This document shows, one piece after another, positions 6,170 through 6,866 of a stretch of DNA of 6,866 nt. Position 1 is the stretch's first letter. Each line of letters opens with the position of its first letter. The notes under the pieces were generated by a model. The model was not told the origin of the DNA and searched no databases. It worked only from the letters and a program-made list of their open reading frames with translations. This stretch comes from a virus (taxonomy: Duplodnaviria; Heunggongvirae; Uroviricota; Caudoviricetes): the IMG/VR virus record IMGVR_UViG_3300000289_000108; one strand, written 5' to 3'. Made by a program: the position numbers and the translations under genes.

Positions 6170-6866
6170 ATGAAAACGAAAATCCCTGATGCGGTATTGG
6201 CTGCTGAGGTGAGTCGCCGTGGTTTGGTAAAAACGACAGCNNNNNNNNNNNNNNNNNNNNNNNNNNNNNNNNNNNNNNNNNNNNNNNNNNNNNNNNNNNN
6301 NNNNNNNNNNNNNNNNNNNNNNNNNNNNNNNNNNNNNNNNNNNNNNCATTAACATTACCTTTTAGTCGGATTGCGCACGCTGTCGATAGCGCCATTCCAA
6401 CAAAATCAGACGAAAAGGTTATCTGGAGCGCCTGTACAGTTAACTGTGGTAGTCGCTGCCCGCTACGTATGCACGTCGTGGACGGTGAAATCAAATATGT
6501 CGAAACGGACAATACCGGCGATGACAATTACGACGGCCTGCACCAGGTTCGCGCCTGNNNNNNNNNNNNNNNNNNNNNNNNNNNNNNNNNNNNNNNNNNN
6601 NNNNNNNNNNNNNNNNNNNNNNNNNNNNNNNNNNNNNNNNNNNNNNNNNNNNNNNNNGTCTACAATCCGGACCGCCTGAAATATCCGATGAAACGAGTCG
6701 GGGCGCGCGGTGAAGGCAAATTCGAGCGCATTAGCTGGGAAGAAGCCTACGACATCATCGCGACCAATATGCAGCGCCTGATCAAAGAGTACGGCAACGA
6801 GTCTATCTATCTGAACTATGGCACCGGTACGCTGGGCGGCACCATGACCCGCTCGTGGCCGCCGGG
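6170..6866 (+). CDS. dmsA: anaerobic DMSO reductase catalytic subunit DmsA, 5' partial (continues beyond the window); twin-arginine signal peptide; two internal N-gaps
   Basis: [24 protein letters not shown] (Tat motif SRRGLVK); [68 protein letters not shown]; [61 protein letters not shown] all match E. coli DmsA as recalled, including the Cys-cluster motif. Confidence 0.95.

Noticed and set aside
5454-6679. Track ORFs antisense to or out of frame with int and dmsA (5454..5723 -, 5941..6168 -, 6140..6355 -, 6168..6527 -, 6371..6679 +)
   Set aside because: They overlap confidently identified int and dmsA coding sequence or the dmsA promoter, and most bridge N-runs.
1-6866. CRISPR array or other long-range repeats
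   Set aside because: No regularly spaced direct repeats are visible; the only exact tandem repeat is the two-copy decamer at 4261-4280.

Overview
Enterobacterial (E. coli-like) chromosomal segment from a draft assembly with 10 N-gaps. The right end (6170-6866) is the 5' end of dmsA with its promoter region. The rest (1 to about 5900) is the integrase-proximal end of a P2-family integrative element: a P2 C-type repressor and P2-type tyrosine integrase on the + strand reading toward the junction, a strong terminator, then host DNA. Divergent from the repressor, the - strand carries an AlpA/Cox-like excisionase-family gene (split by gaps) and a long operon of small, tightly packed, often ATGA-overlapping genes, including a PapI/FaeA-like winged-helix protein, two small membrane proteins and several unrecognisable proteins. 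No P2 B/A-type replication gene is visible within about 4.3 kb of the switch. A low-GC (about 33-38% versus about 50%) convergent gene pair at 2786-3479 is the best candidate for acquired accessory cargo, but no specific function or defined novel system can be demonstrated from sequence alone. The dmsA reading frame shows the N-runs do not preserve true length, so ORFs in the supplied track that span N-runs are unreliable. No rRNA, tRNA or CRISPR array is visible.
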